A stretch of 37,927 nt of DNA from an uncultured Oscillospiraceae bacterium (GTDB taxonomy: Bacteria; Bacillota; Clostridia; Saccharofermentanales; Saccharofermentanaceae). Below the pieces are notes generated by a model that was given only the letters and a program-made list of their open reading frames with translations, was not told the DNA's origin and searched no databases. The translations under genes and the position numbers were made by a program. Shown here piece after piece: positions 1 through 7,891 of the stretch; position 1 is the stretch's first letter, and each line of letters opens with the position of its first letter. The stretch spans positions 1-37,927 of the forward strand of contig CAYPAL010000002.1 in NCBI GenBank assembly GCA_964408695.1, given 5' to 3'.

Positions 1-1260
1 GAGTGCGCGGGCATCATTACCTGGATGCACACCTTTTCGCCCTCGAAAATGTGGATCAACGGCCTTAAGATCCTGAATAAGCCGATGCTCCATCTCCACA
101 CGCAGTTCAACCGTGAGATCCCTTTCGGTGAGATCGACATGGACTTCATGAACCTCAACCAGTCGGCGCACGGAGACCGGGAGCACGGTTTTATCGGCGC
201 CCGTCTGCGTCTCCCGCGCAAGGTGGTCGTCGGATATTGGGACGACGCGAAGGTCTTGGGCGAGGTCTCGGACTGGATGAGAAGTGCCGTCGGATTCATC
301 GCGGGGCAGACCCTCAAGGTGGTTCGTTTCGCGGATAACATGCGGGAAGTTGCGGTCACCGAGGGCGACAAGGTCGAAGCGCAGATCAAGTTCGGTTGGG
401 CGATCAATTCGCTTTCGATGGGTGATCTCGTTCAGGAGATGGATGGGGTCGGCGAGGCCGACATTGAAGCGGTATACGAGGAATGCAAGCAAAAATACGA
501 TATCGTTACCGCCAACGTGGATGCGGTCAAATATCAGATCAAGATCGAGATCGCGATGAGAAATCTTTGCGAGAAGAACGGCTTCGGTGCGGTCGTGACG
601 AATTTCGAAAACTTGTGCGGCCTCGAGCAACTGCCGGGGCTCGCGATCCAGCGGTTGATGGAAGCCGGGTACGGGTTCGGTGCGGAGGGAGATTGGAAGA
701 CGGCGGCCCTTCTTCGCGTGATGAAGTCGATGGAAGCCGGCCTTCCGGGCGGCACTTCATTTATGGAAGACTACACATATCACCTCGCCGAAGGCAAGGA
801 ACTGATCCTCGGAGCGCATATGCTCGAGGTCGATCCGAGCATCGCGGACGGAACGGTCAAGATCGACGTGCAGCCCTTGGGGATCGGCGGCAAGGGCGAC
901 CCGGCGCGGATGATTTTCGACGGTAAAGAAGGAGTCGCCATTTGCGCGTCGCTGATCGATATGGGTGGGCGGATGCGGCTGATCGTCGCGGATGTCAAGG
1001 CCGTAAAGCCGATCCGGGACATGCCGAAGCTTCCCGTCGCGCGCGTGATGTGGTCGCCACTCCCGGACTTTGAGACCGGAGCGAAGGCTTGGATCTACGC
1101 CGGTGGTGCGCACCATGCCGTGATGAGCTATTCGATCACAGCGGACATGATGCGCGATTACGCGGAGATCGCGGGCATTGAGTATGTGCATATCGGAGCG
1201 GAAACGCGGATCGAAGATTTGAAGCGAGATTTGGCGCTTTCCGATTTTCTGTGGAAGTAG
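1..1260 (+). CDS. araA: L-arabinose isomerase, 5' end outside the window
   Basis: Frame 1 is open from base 1 (ECAGIITW precedes the listed Met at 25). The translation (WMHTFSPSKMWINGLK, NLNQSAHGDREHGF, GAHMLEV, VMWSPLPDF) matches the AraA family. araD follows 10 nt downstream. Confidence 0.9.
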   Translation, partial: ECAGIITWMHTFSPSKMWINGLKILNKPMLHLHTQFNREIPFGEIDMDFMNLNQSAHGDREHGFIGARLRLPRKVVVGYWDDAKVLGEVSDWMRSAVGFIAGQTLKVVRFADNMREVAVTEGDKVEAQIKFGWAINSLSMGDLVQEMDGVGEADIEAVYEECKQKYDIVTANVDAVKYQIKIEIAMRNLCEKNGFGAVVTNFENLCGLEQLPGLAIQRLMEAGYGFGAEGDWKTAALLRVMKSMEAGLPGGTSFMEDYTYHLAEGKELILGAHMLEVDPSIADGTVKIDVQPLGIGGKGDPARMIFDGKEGVAICASLIDMGGRMRLIVADVKAVKPIRDMPKLPVARVMWSPLPDFETGAKAWIYAGGAHHAVMSYSITADMMRDYAEIAGIEYVHIGAETRIEDLKRDLALSDFLWK

Positions 1261-1270
1261 AGGTCTTTAT

Positions 1271-1960
1271 ATGCTGGAAGAACTGAAAGAGAGAGTTTTT
1301 CGATCGAATTTATTGCTCGTGGAGTACGGCCTCGTCTTGTTCACCTGGGGAAACGTGAGCGCCCTTGATACCTCCGGGGAGCTCGTCGTCATCAAGCCCA
1401 GCGGGATATCCTACGACAAGATGAAGCCTTCCGATATGGTGGTCGTCGATTTTGACGGTAAAGTGGTGGAGGGGTCTTATACCCCCTCCACCGACACCCC
1501 CACTCATCTGGAGCTGTATAAGGCGTTCGGGATGGGCGGGATCGTACACACGCATTCCAAGTGGGCGACGATCTGGGCGCAGGCCGGAAAGGACATCCCG
1601 GCACTGGGCACGACACACGCCGATCATTTTCGAGGGGCGATCCCGGTGACCCGGTCCCTGACCGGTGAGGAAATCGGCGGCGATTATGAAAGGGAGACCG
1701 GGGATGTGATCGCCGAGACCTTTCGCGAGCGCGGGATCGATCCGAACGAGGTGCCCGCCGCGCTCGTCAACAATCACGGACCCTTTGCCTGGGGGGATAC
1801 TCCGGAAAAAGCGGTCGAGAACGCCGCGGTGTTGGAGTATGTTGCGGAAATGGCGCACTATAGCCTTGCCATGAATCCGGACGCGAAGATCAGTCAGACG
1901 CTTCTGGACAAGCACTACCTCCGAAAGCACGGGAAGGACTCGTATTACGGGCAGAAATAA
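1271..1960 (+). CDS. araD: L-ribulose-5-phosphate 4-epimerase (class II aldolase fold)
   Basis: 229 aa with GNVSA, VIKPSG, PSTDTPTHLELY, HTHS and NHGPF motifs typical of AraD-type epimerases. It lies immediately downstream of araA. Confidence 0.88.
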   Translation: MLEELKERVFRSNLLLVEYGLVLFTWGNVSALDTSGELVVIKPSGISYDKMKPSDMVVVDFDGKVVEGSYTPSTDTPTHLELYKAFGMGGIVHTHSKWATIWAQAGKDIPALGTTHADHFRGAIPVTRSLTGEEIGGDYERETGDVIAETFRERGIDPNEVPAALVNNHGPFAWGDTPEKAVENAAVLEYVAEMAHYSLAMNPDAKISQTLLDKHYLRKHGKDSYYGQK

Positions 1961-1985
1961 GAAATTTAGTGTGTGATGATGATCG

Positions 1986-2016
1986 AAAACGGCGGGGGGA
2001 TCCCCGCCGTTTTTCT
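1986..2016. terminator. Bidirectional rho-independent terminator between convergent araD and the methyltransferase gene
   Basis: aaaacggcgggg-ga-tccccgccgtttt is a GC-rich perfect stem flanked by an A-run and a T-run. It sits between the two convergent stop codons. Confidence 0.7.
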
Positions 2017-2772
2017 TTATACTCGCCCGACATAGCACCGGGTGAAGTTCGGCATCGTCGCTTTGCCGTTCACGGCAAACTTCTCGAAAAGCGATTCGAG
2101 CTCGGTTACATACGCGTCGTAATGCGCATCTCCTTCTTTGAGGGAGTAGGAAGCGGAGAGGTTTCGGCCGATAAAGCCCGATAAATCAAAGACCAGATCG
2201 TTTACAAACGTTTTTTTCTCGTAATCGCCCGTAAAAAAGTCGCGGAAATCATCTTCGGCAACAGGACCACGGGTCCCGCCGGAAAAACCTTTGAAAGCCG
2301 GGCAGTATTTCCGGTTGATCCGGTCATTTTCTGCGACAAGGGCGCTGTTTTCATCGCGGCTGTTCCAGACAAGCGCGACGTAAGCACCCGGCTTCAGGAT
2401 CCGGCGGCACTCTTTTCGAAAAGCATCACGGTCAAACCAGTGAAAAGCCTGCGCGACGGTGATCAGATCGGCGCTCCTGTCGGGCAGGGTGGTGTGCTCT
2501 GCGTTTGCTGCAACAGATGTGAAGAGTGCGTATTTACGAAGGTCATCCTCGGCGATGCGGCGCATATCGGAATTGGGCTCGACCGCGAAGACGCGATTAC
2601 CTTTGTCGAGGAGTTGTCCGGTCAGGATGCCCGTGCCGGAGCCGATATCGGCGATGACGCTTTGTTCGCATATATGAGTTTTCGAAAATAAGTATTCGAT
2701 GAATTCCCGCGGGTAGGTCGGGCGGAATTTCGCGTAGATCTTGCCCTTATCGTCGAATTTTCTTTCGTTCAC
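2017..2772 (-). CDS. Class I SAM-dependent methyltransferase
   Basis: 251 aa with the SAM-binding motif VIADIGSGTGILTGQL and FAVEPNSDM. GTG start at 2770-2772 is preceded by GGAGG. Confidence 0.8.
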   Translation of the reverse strand: MNERKFDDKGKIYAKFRPTYPREFIEYLFSKTHICEQSVIADIGSGTGILTGQLLDKGNRVFAVEPNSDMRRIAEDDLRKYALFTSVAANAEHTTLPDRSADLITVAQAFHWFDRDAFRKECRRILKPGAYVALVWNSRDENSALVAENDRINRKYCPAFKGFSGGTRGPVAEDDFRDFFTGDYEKKTFVNDLVFDLSGFIGRNLSASYSLKEGDAHYDAYVTELESLFEKFAVNGKATMPNFTRCYVGRV

Positions 2773-2876
2773 TCCAGATACCTCCGTCTCTATTATTCAT
2801 TGATCGATTGGGGAAGTGGGCGGTCTTTTTCCTTTCAAATAAGTGTGATCGATCAAACAAACCAATACGATTAATC

Positions 2877-3380
2877 TCAACCGACCGCTTCCAGCCACCC
2901 ATTCCGGTCTTCATTCAGCTCCGGAATGTACCTGCTGATGCGTTCTCGAAATTCATAGAGGCGCTCCTCAGGAAGCGAATAGTGGTTTTCCCCATTATCG
3001 GGATTTTTTATAGCGATCGTCGGGCAACTGTCCCCTGCAGGATAGAAGTCTGCTTCACGCCCGTCTTCATAGACGACATGAATGACGATCCTTCGAAACG
3101 GGCACTTGCTGCCCGGAACTCGCTTGATTTCACTGAGTATTCCGGTCAGGTAAGCTAAGTCTTCAGCGTCTGTAATGGAATAAGTGTGTGGGTCACTTAG
3201 CCATTCGGTATACGGATACTCGTCATAAGTGACGGTTGCGGAAACGATCTCTTTGGATCCGAAAACTCCTTGAGAATAAAGGATCGCGATAAAGATCAGC
3301 AAAATTACCGCAAAACTGATAGAGGAGGCGATGACCGCTGATCGAAAAGGGGCTTTGTAGAGGTGAGGTGTTTTTCTCAT
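2877..3380 (-). CDS. Hypothetical membrane-anchored protein (single N-terminal TM helix)
   Basis: I moved the start to ATG 3380 (MRKTPHLYK), which has AAGGAG 6 nt upstream. It has a hydrophobic helix AVIASSISFAVILLIFIAILY. I recognise no family. Confidence 0.55.
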   Translation of the reverse strand: MRKTPHLYKAPFRSAVIASSISFAVILLIFIAILYSQGVFGSKEIVSATVTYDEYPYTEWLSDPHTYSITDAEDLAYLTGILSEIKRVPGSKCPFRRIVIHVVYEDGREADFYPAGDSCPTIAIKNPDNGENHYSLPEERLYEFRERISRYIPELNEDRNGWLEAVG

Positions 3381-3464
3381 GACTGACTCCTTAAGACGAG
3401 GATGAGCGTGAGACAATCCGAAACAAGTGTGTCTCCTTCAGCCATGATATGAATCACTGCGTTC

Positions 3465-4244
3465 TTATTCTTCTACATCATTGAAGTTAATCATCATCAG
3501 CTTTTTAATGGTATTATCTTCTTTGTTCGTCTGACAACAAAATCTAGGGTATTGAAAGGCAAAACTTCCGGCTTCATACCACCAATCTTCAGTAATCCAT
3601 CCATTGGATTTGCCAAACAGATTTTCAATTTCTGATTTAGTGATTTCTTGTCCCATCGCTAATTTGGCTTCAGTAAAATAAATATCCTCATCATAAACAT
3701 CTCTGTTTCCATCAGTAACTTCAAAACCGATAACCATACAATCTTTTGCCATTTGTTTATCTTCCATAAGATTCTGAAAATAGACTAACATAGTATAAGT
3801 TAGGCCAGATTCTCCCGTATTAGTATTAGAATCTCTAACATGATATAAATACGTGATCGTATGCGAAGTTGAAAAACTATGATAAATTTCCCTTTCTTTA
3901 TCCTCTTCTTTTCTGATTTCGTAGTTTGTTTGAGATATTCTATTCTCAAAATCTTCAAACGTCATTGGAAAGTTAAATTCTACACCGTGCACAACTACTA
4001 AGTAATCGCTCCAAGGAGCAACATAATCTTCGTCTACAGCATCGTCTTCAGTTTCATCTTTGTCTTCATCATCGTCTTCAGTTTCATCTTTGTCTTCATC
4101 TTCGTCTTCAACGTCATCTGCAGCTTCAGAGATCTCTTCTTCATTTTCATCCTTATCAGCATTCGGCGATGTACCACAACTGCATAATAACAGCAACATC
4201 GAAATGATGATCGAAAAAACAACTAAATTAACAAGTTTCTTCAT
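3465..4244 (-). CDS. Hypothetical lipoprotein with a strongly acidic D/E-rich linker
   Basis: I moved the start to MKKLVNLVVFSIIISMLLLLCSCG, a lipobox-type signal with Cys. A D/E/K-rich linker and a globular C-terminal part follow. The gene is markedly AT-rich. Confidence 0.6.
   Translation of the reverse strand: MKKLVNLVVFSIIISMLLLLCSCGTSPNADKDENEEEISEAADDVEDEDEDKDETEDDDEDKDETEDDAVDEDYVAPWSDYLVVVHGVEFNFPMTFEDFENRISQTNYEIRKEEDKEREIYHSFSTSHTITYLYHVRDSNTNTGESGLTYTMLVYFQNLMEDKQMAKDCMVIGFEVTDGNRDVYDEDIYFTEAKLAMGQEITKSEIENLFGKSNGWITEDWWYEAGSFAFQYPRFCCQTNKEDNTIKKLMMINFNDVEE
4041..4100. repeat. Perfect 30-bp tandem duplication inside the lipoprotein gene
   Basis: atcgtcttcagtttcatctttgtcttcatc occurs at 4041-4070 and again at 4071-4100, with a partial third copy after it. 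On the minus strand it encodes DEDKDETEDD twice. Confidence 0.9.
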
Positions 4245-4330
4245 AATTCTTCCCCCACGCAATCAATAATTCTGAATCGAATGTTAAATGTCTATCATTA
4301 TAGATCAAGAACAAAAAACAAATCAATAAA

Positions 4331-4359
4331 AATATATGAGCATTCAATAAAATTGTCAA
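4331..4359 (-). promoter_or_regulatory. Candidate sigma-70-type promoter for the acidic lipoprotein gene
   Basis: On the minus strand: TTGACA (4359-4354), 17-nt spacer, TATATT (4336-4331). It lies about 90 nt upstream of ATG 4244. Confidence 0.4.
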
Positions 4360-4434
4360 GGCTTATAAAACTGTCTTTAGGTCTCCCCGATGCTTGAGAT
4401 TTGGGCGTGGCAAAATGTTTGGTGGTCGACTCTC

Positions 4435-4619
4435 GGGTGCTGTCGCACCCTGTCGTCGCTCGGCATGCGCATTAGCGCATGCCTTGTCCTCTCGGAATAA
4501 AAACATGCACTGCATGTTTTTATCCTGCCGGATTTCGTAATGTACCTGCGGTACATTACTGAGGTAAACCTCCACCAATGCAAAAGCCACGCTTTGCGTG
4601 GCTTTTGCATTGGTGGAGG
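4435..4619. repeat. Array of five consecutive perfect hairpins downstream of ssrA
   Basis: Perfect inverted repeats at 4435-4450 (gggtgc/gcaccc), 4462-4483 (ggcatgcgc/gcgcatgcc), 4499-4521 (aaaaacatgc/gcatgttttt), 4537-4559 (gtaatgtacc/ggtacattac) and 4569-4619 (24-nt arms, 3-nt loop). Confidence 0.85.
4499..4521. terminator. Symmetric A-run/stem/T-run hairpin, candidate bidirectional terminator
   Basis: aaaaacatgc-act-gcatgttttt reads as a stem followed by a T-run on either strand. It is the only hairpin in the array with a proper U-tract for the ssrA transcript. Confidence 0.5.
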
Positions 4620-4993
4620 CGAGGAGAGTCGAACTCCTGTCCGAAATCATATCCTCCGAAGCATCTCCGGGTGCAGTCAGTGTTTAGAGTATTCCCCTCT
4701 TCGCCAAGCCCGCTGACAGGCCGGCGCGTCCGGTAGCTTCATATTGACATCCCGCGGTCAAAGCTTTTCGCGAGGCGTTTCCCTGTTTGACCTGCCGACA
4801 GGTAAGGTCTGCTGTCTGACACCCCGAACCCACCCAGCAGATCGGATGGAAGGATGCGTGGCCGGTATTAGGCGGCTACGAGTTGTGTTTTAGGTGTTGC
4901 AATTACTTGCTTTCCCGTTTTTTTAAGAGGCCAACGAGAATCCTCTACCCGCTTCTTCGGTTCCAACAACCCCGTCGAAACCATTACGCCCCC
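4611..4993 (-). ncRNA. ssrA: tmRNA (transfer-messenger RNA)
   Basis: The minus strand reads 5'-GGGGGCGTAATGGTTTCGACGGGG ... GGAGTTCGACTCTCCTCGCCTCCACCA-3'. The acceptor stem GGGGGCG/CGCCTCC contains the G3:U pair. There is a T-arm GGAGTTCGACTCTCC, a 3' CCA, and an internal tag frame ending ...ATPKTQLVAA-TAA. Confidence 0.92.
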
Positions 4994-5017
4994 ATGCTTT
5001 TTTTAAGGGGCAGATGT

Positions 5018-5046
5018 ATTATGACAGATTTTAGTACTTGATTCAA
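5018..5046 (-). promoter_or_regulatory. Candidate promoter for ssrA
   Basis: On the minus strand: TTGAAT (5046-5041), 17-nt spacer, CATAAT (5023-5018). It ends about 25 nt upstream of the mature tmRNA 5' end, consistent with an RNase P-processed leader. Confidence 0.4.
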
Positions 5047-5066
5047 GAGGACTCGCGAAGCAGTGC

Positions 5067-5076
5067 TTTTCGAAAA
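5067..5076. promoter_or_regulatory. 10-bp palindrome TTTTCGAAAA, copy 1 (candidate operator)
   Basis: Exact palindrome in the ssrA/GH3 intergenic region, 40 bp from an identical copy. Confidence 0.3.
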
Positions 5077-5106
5077 TCAGGATGAATTCGAGGGATAAAA
5101 CACGGA

Positions 5107-5116
5107 TTTTCGAAAA
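5107..5116. promoter_or_regulatory. 10-bp palindrome TTTTCGAAAA, copy 2 (candidate operator)
   Basis: Exact palindrome directly abutting a TTGACA hexamer (5117-5122), about 80 nt upstream of the GH3 start codon. A TGcTATATA extended -10-like element sits at 5148-5156. Confidence 0.3.
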
Positions 5117-5196
5117 TTGACAAATCGTTTCATATCTTCGCGGATTTTGCTATATAATAATATTCGTGTAATACAACAAAGGTGGGTGTATTGGGC

Positions 5197-7629
5197 ATGG
5201 ATACCAAGCGTATGGCTGAAGTCGGCGACCTCTCGCTCGAACAGAAGGCATCTTTGTGCTCCGGAATGGATTTCTGGAGGACCGAGCCGATCGATCCGTT
5301 GGATATTCCGAGCATCATGGTCTCCGACGGTCCGCACGGACTTCGGAAACAGGATTCGGATGAGGGAAGGAAGGGTTTGGGCACAAGCCGTCCCGCGACG
5401 TGCTTTCCTCCGGCGTGTACTTCAGCTTGTTCGTTTGACGTGAAATTGATTCGCCAGATCGGCGAAGCGATCGGCGACGAGGCCAGAGAACAGGATGTTG
5501 CCGTGGTCCTGGGGCCGGCGGTGAATATAAAGAGATCCCCTTTATGCGGGCGCAATTTTGAATATATTTCCGAGGATCCGCATTTGGCCGGCGAGATGGC
5601 GGCGGCCTTCATCAAGGGCGTTCAGAGTAAGGGCGTCGGAACCTCGATCAAGCATTTTGCCGCGAATAATCAAGAGACATCGCGTTTCATTTGTGACTCC
5701 ATGGTCGATGAGCGCGCCCTTCGCGAGATCTATCTTGCCGGATTTGAGACGGCCGTTAAACAGGGCAAGCCCTGGACGCTGATGTGCTCGTATAATCCCG
5801 TAAACGGAGTTTATTCGTGTGAGAACAAACACATCATGGAAGACATACTTAGAAACGAGTGGGGTTTCAAGGGTGTCACCGTCACCGATTGGGGCGCAAT
5901 GACGGATCGCGTCAAGGCGCTCATGGTCGGTCTGGATTGGGAAATGCCGGGTCCCGCACCCGAGAATGACCGAAGCATCGTTGAGGCGTGTCAGAACGGA
6001 TCTCTTTCCGAAGAGAAACTCAACGGGTCGGTACAGCGCATGCTGACACTGATCGCCAACGCCAGGAAGCGTCCCCGGCCGCCCAAGAACCCCTATGAGG
6101 AGAACCGGAACCTTGCGCGTAGAGTTGCGTTGGAGTCCGCCGTGCTTTTGAAGAACGCCGGTCTTTTACCGATCAAAAAGAGCACGAGCATCGCCGTGAT
6201 CGGCGCTTTTGCAAAGGAGACACGTTTCCAGGGAGGCGGGAGTTCGAGGATCAGGCCGACTTCGGTGAAGCATGCCTTTGAAGCTTTTGAAGAGTGCGGA
6301 GGTAATTTCGTATACGAAGACGGATACTGTTTTGAAGGGGATGGGACCGATCTTTTAAAGAAGTCGGCGGCGGTCCGTCTTGCGGAGAGAAAGGATGCGG
6401 TCGTAATTTTTGCCGGTCTGCCCGACGAATATGAATCAGAGGGATTTGATCGGATGCATATGAATCTGCCGGCCGGGCAGAACGCGCTGATCGAGGAGGT
6501 CGCGGCGGCCAATCCCAATGTTGTTGTCGTCCTCTACGCCGGCTCGCCGGTGACGATGCCTTGGATCAGTAAAGTGCGTGCCGTCCTGATGGCTTATTTG
6601 CCGGGACAGGAGGGAGCGGCGGCGATCCCGGCTTTGCTATACGGCGAGGCCGTACCTTCCGGGAAGTTAGCGGAGACTTTTCCGCTCACGGTCGAGGATA
6701 CGCCTTGCCACTCCTATTTCGGGACCCGAAGATACGTTGAATACCGCGAGAGTATTTTCGTCGGATATCGTTACTATGACGCGTCCAGGACAAAGGTGTT
6801 GTTTCCTTTCGGGCACGGTTTGTCGTACAGCAAATTTGAGTACGGTAATTTGGTGATCGGCAGTCAGAAGGTGACCGATACGGACACTCTCAAGGTCTCG
6901 GTCGATATCACGAACGTCGGCGACTACGATGCCGCCGAAGTCGTTCAGCTCTACGTTTCAGCACCGAAGTCCAAGCTCTATAAGCCCGTGCGTGAGCTCA
7001 GGGCCTTCTCGAAGGTGATGATCCCGAAGGACAAGACGAAGACGGTCTCGTTTTCCCTGGACGGCCGCGATTTTTCTTTCTATAACGTCGATCTTCCCGG
7101 GTGGCAAATCGAAACCGGCATCTACGACATTCAGGTCGGGGCGTCGTCACAGGATATTCGCCTGACCGGAAAAGTCTCGGCATTGTCTGTCGGGAAGCGT
7201 GCTCCGGTCCCGGACTATACCGCCGTCGCTCCTTCCTATTACAGTGTGCCCGCTAACGGTATGCCGATCCCGCGTGTTCAATTCGAGAAAATTTACGGGC
7301 GACCGATCTCGACTCCCGAGAGTCCCCGAAAGGGGAAACATACCCTCAATTCTACCGTGTCGGAAATCTGCGATACCCGATTCGGCGCGGCGGTCGCGTG
7401 GTTTCTGCGCCGTTCCATCATGAAACAATACAAGACGGATCCCCGTGAGGATCAGATCCGTATGATGGAGGCGATGACCGACGATCTTCCTCTTCGCGGC
7501 ATCGTCAGTCTCGGCAGTGGAGCCGTGACCCGGGCGTTTTTCGATGGGGCAATCACGGTCATGAACGGCCATCCGTTCAAAGGGATCAAGAAAATGATCA
7601 TGGCAAAGAAAGAGTCAAAGAAGACCTGA
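5197..7629 (+). CDS. Glycoside hydrolase family 3 beta-glucosidase-like enzyme
   Basis: SDGPHGLRKQ, GPAVNIKRSPLCGRNFEY, KHFAANNQE and GFKGVTVTDWGA (nucleophile Asp context), followed by an FnIII-like C-terminal domain. I moved the start to ATG 5197, which has AAAGGTGGG upstream. Confidence 0.9.
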   Translation: MDTKRMAEVGDLSLEQKASLCSGMDFWRTEPIDPLDIPSIMVSDGPHGLRKQDSDEGRKGLGTSRPATCFPPACTSACSFDVKLIRQIGEAIGDEAREQDVAVVLGPAVNIKRSPLCGRNFEYISEDPHLAGEMAAAFIKGVQSKGVGTSIKHFAANNQETSRFICDSMVDERALREIYLAGFETAVKQGKPWTLMCSYNPVNGVYSCENKHIMEDILRNEWGFKGVTVTDWGAMTDRVKALMVGLDWEMPGPAPENDRSIVEACQNGSLSEEKLNGSVQRMLTLIANARKRPRPPKNPYEENRNLARRVALESAVLLKNAGLLPIKKSTSIAVIGAFAKETRFQGGGSSRIRPTSVKHAFEAFEECGGNFVYEDGYCFEGDGTDLLKKSAAVRLAERKDAVVIFAGLPDEYESEGFDRMHMNLPAGQNALIEEVAAANPNVVVVLYAGSPVTMPWISKVRAVLMAYLPGQEGAAAIPALLYGEAVPSGKLAETFPLTVEDTPCHSYFGTRRYVEYRESIFVGYRYYDASRTKVLFPFGHGLSYSKFEYGNLVIGSQKVTDTDTLKVSVDITNVGDYDAAEVVQLYVSAPKSKLYKPVRELRAFSKVMIPKDKTKTVSFSLDGRDFSFYNVDLPGWQIETGIYDIQVGASSQDIRLTGKVSALSVGKRAPVPDYTAVAPSYYSVPANGMPIPRVQFEKIYGRPISTPESPRKGKHTLNSTVSEICDTRFGAAVAWFLRRSIMKQYKTDPREDQIRMMEAMTDDLPLRGIVSLGSGAVTRAFFDGAITVMNGHPFKGIKKMIMAKKESKKT

Positions 7630-7668
7630 GTGCCGCAATAGTTCGAATAATGAACGAAAAGATCTTGG

Positions 7669-7695
7669 AAAAACGCCGTCATCGACGGCGTTTTG
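7669..7695 (+). terminator. Rho-independent terminator of the GH3 gene
   Basis: aaaaacgccgtc-atc-gacggcgtttt is a perfect stem with a T-run, 40 nt after the stop codon. Confidence 0.75.
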
Positions 7696-7757
7696 CGTTC
7701 CGCAGAACAAAGTGTGTCTAATGATGTACAAAATATGAACGAAATGTAAATAAACAG

Positions 7758-7786
7758 TTGCCAAACTATAAACAGGGTGCTATAAT
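7758..7786 (+). promoter_or_regulatory. Near-consensus promoter for the FN3-repeat lipoprotein gene
   Basis: TTGCCA (7758-7763), 17-nt spacer ending in TGC (extended -10 TG), TATAAT (7781-7786). Confidence 0.55.
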
Positions 7787-7891
7787 GCACTTAAGAAACA
7801 AGGTAAGCCATCGGAATCGACCGGTGAAGTTTACCATCCGGGACCTTATACGTACCCCCGTACAATGCCCCGAGGAAAGTGAGGTAATGAG

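Noticed and set aside
4380-4620. Prophage or genomic-island attachment site at ssrA (a direct repeat of the tmRNA 3' end)
   Set aside because: The second copy of the tmRNA 3'-terminal sequence at 4569-4580 is inverted, not direct. I found no direct repeat of the tmRNA 3' end between 2773 and 4560, and the window has no integrase gene. I therefore make only the weaker 'islet or remnant' statement.
4363-4650. ORFs 4363..4650 and 4377..4610 (minus strand) downstream of and overlapping the tmRNA 3' end
   Set aside because: They run through the hairpin array and into the tmRNA gene. They have no RBS and an odd composition. The region is better explained as structured non-coding DNA.
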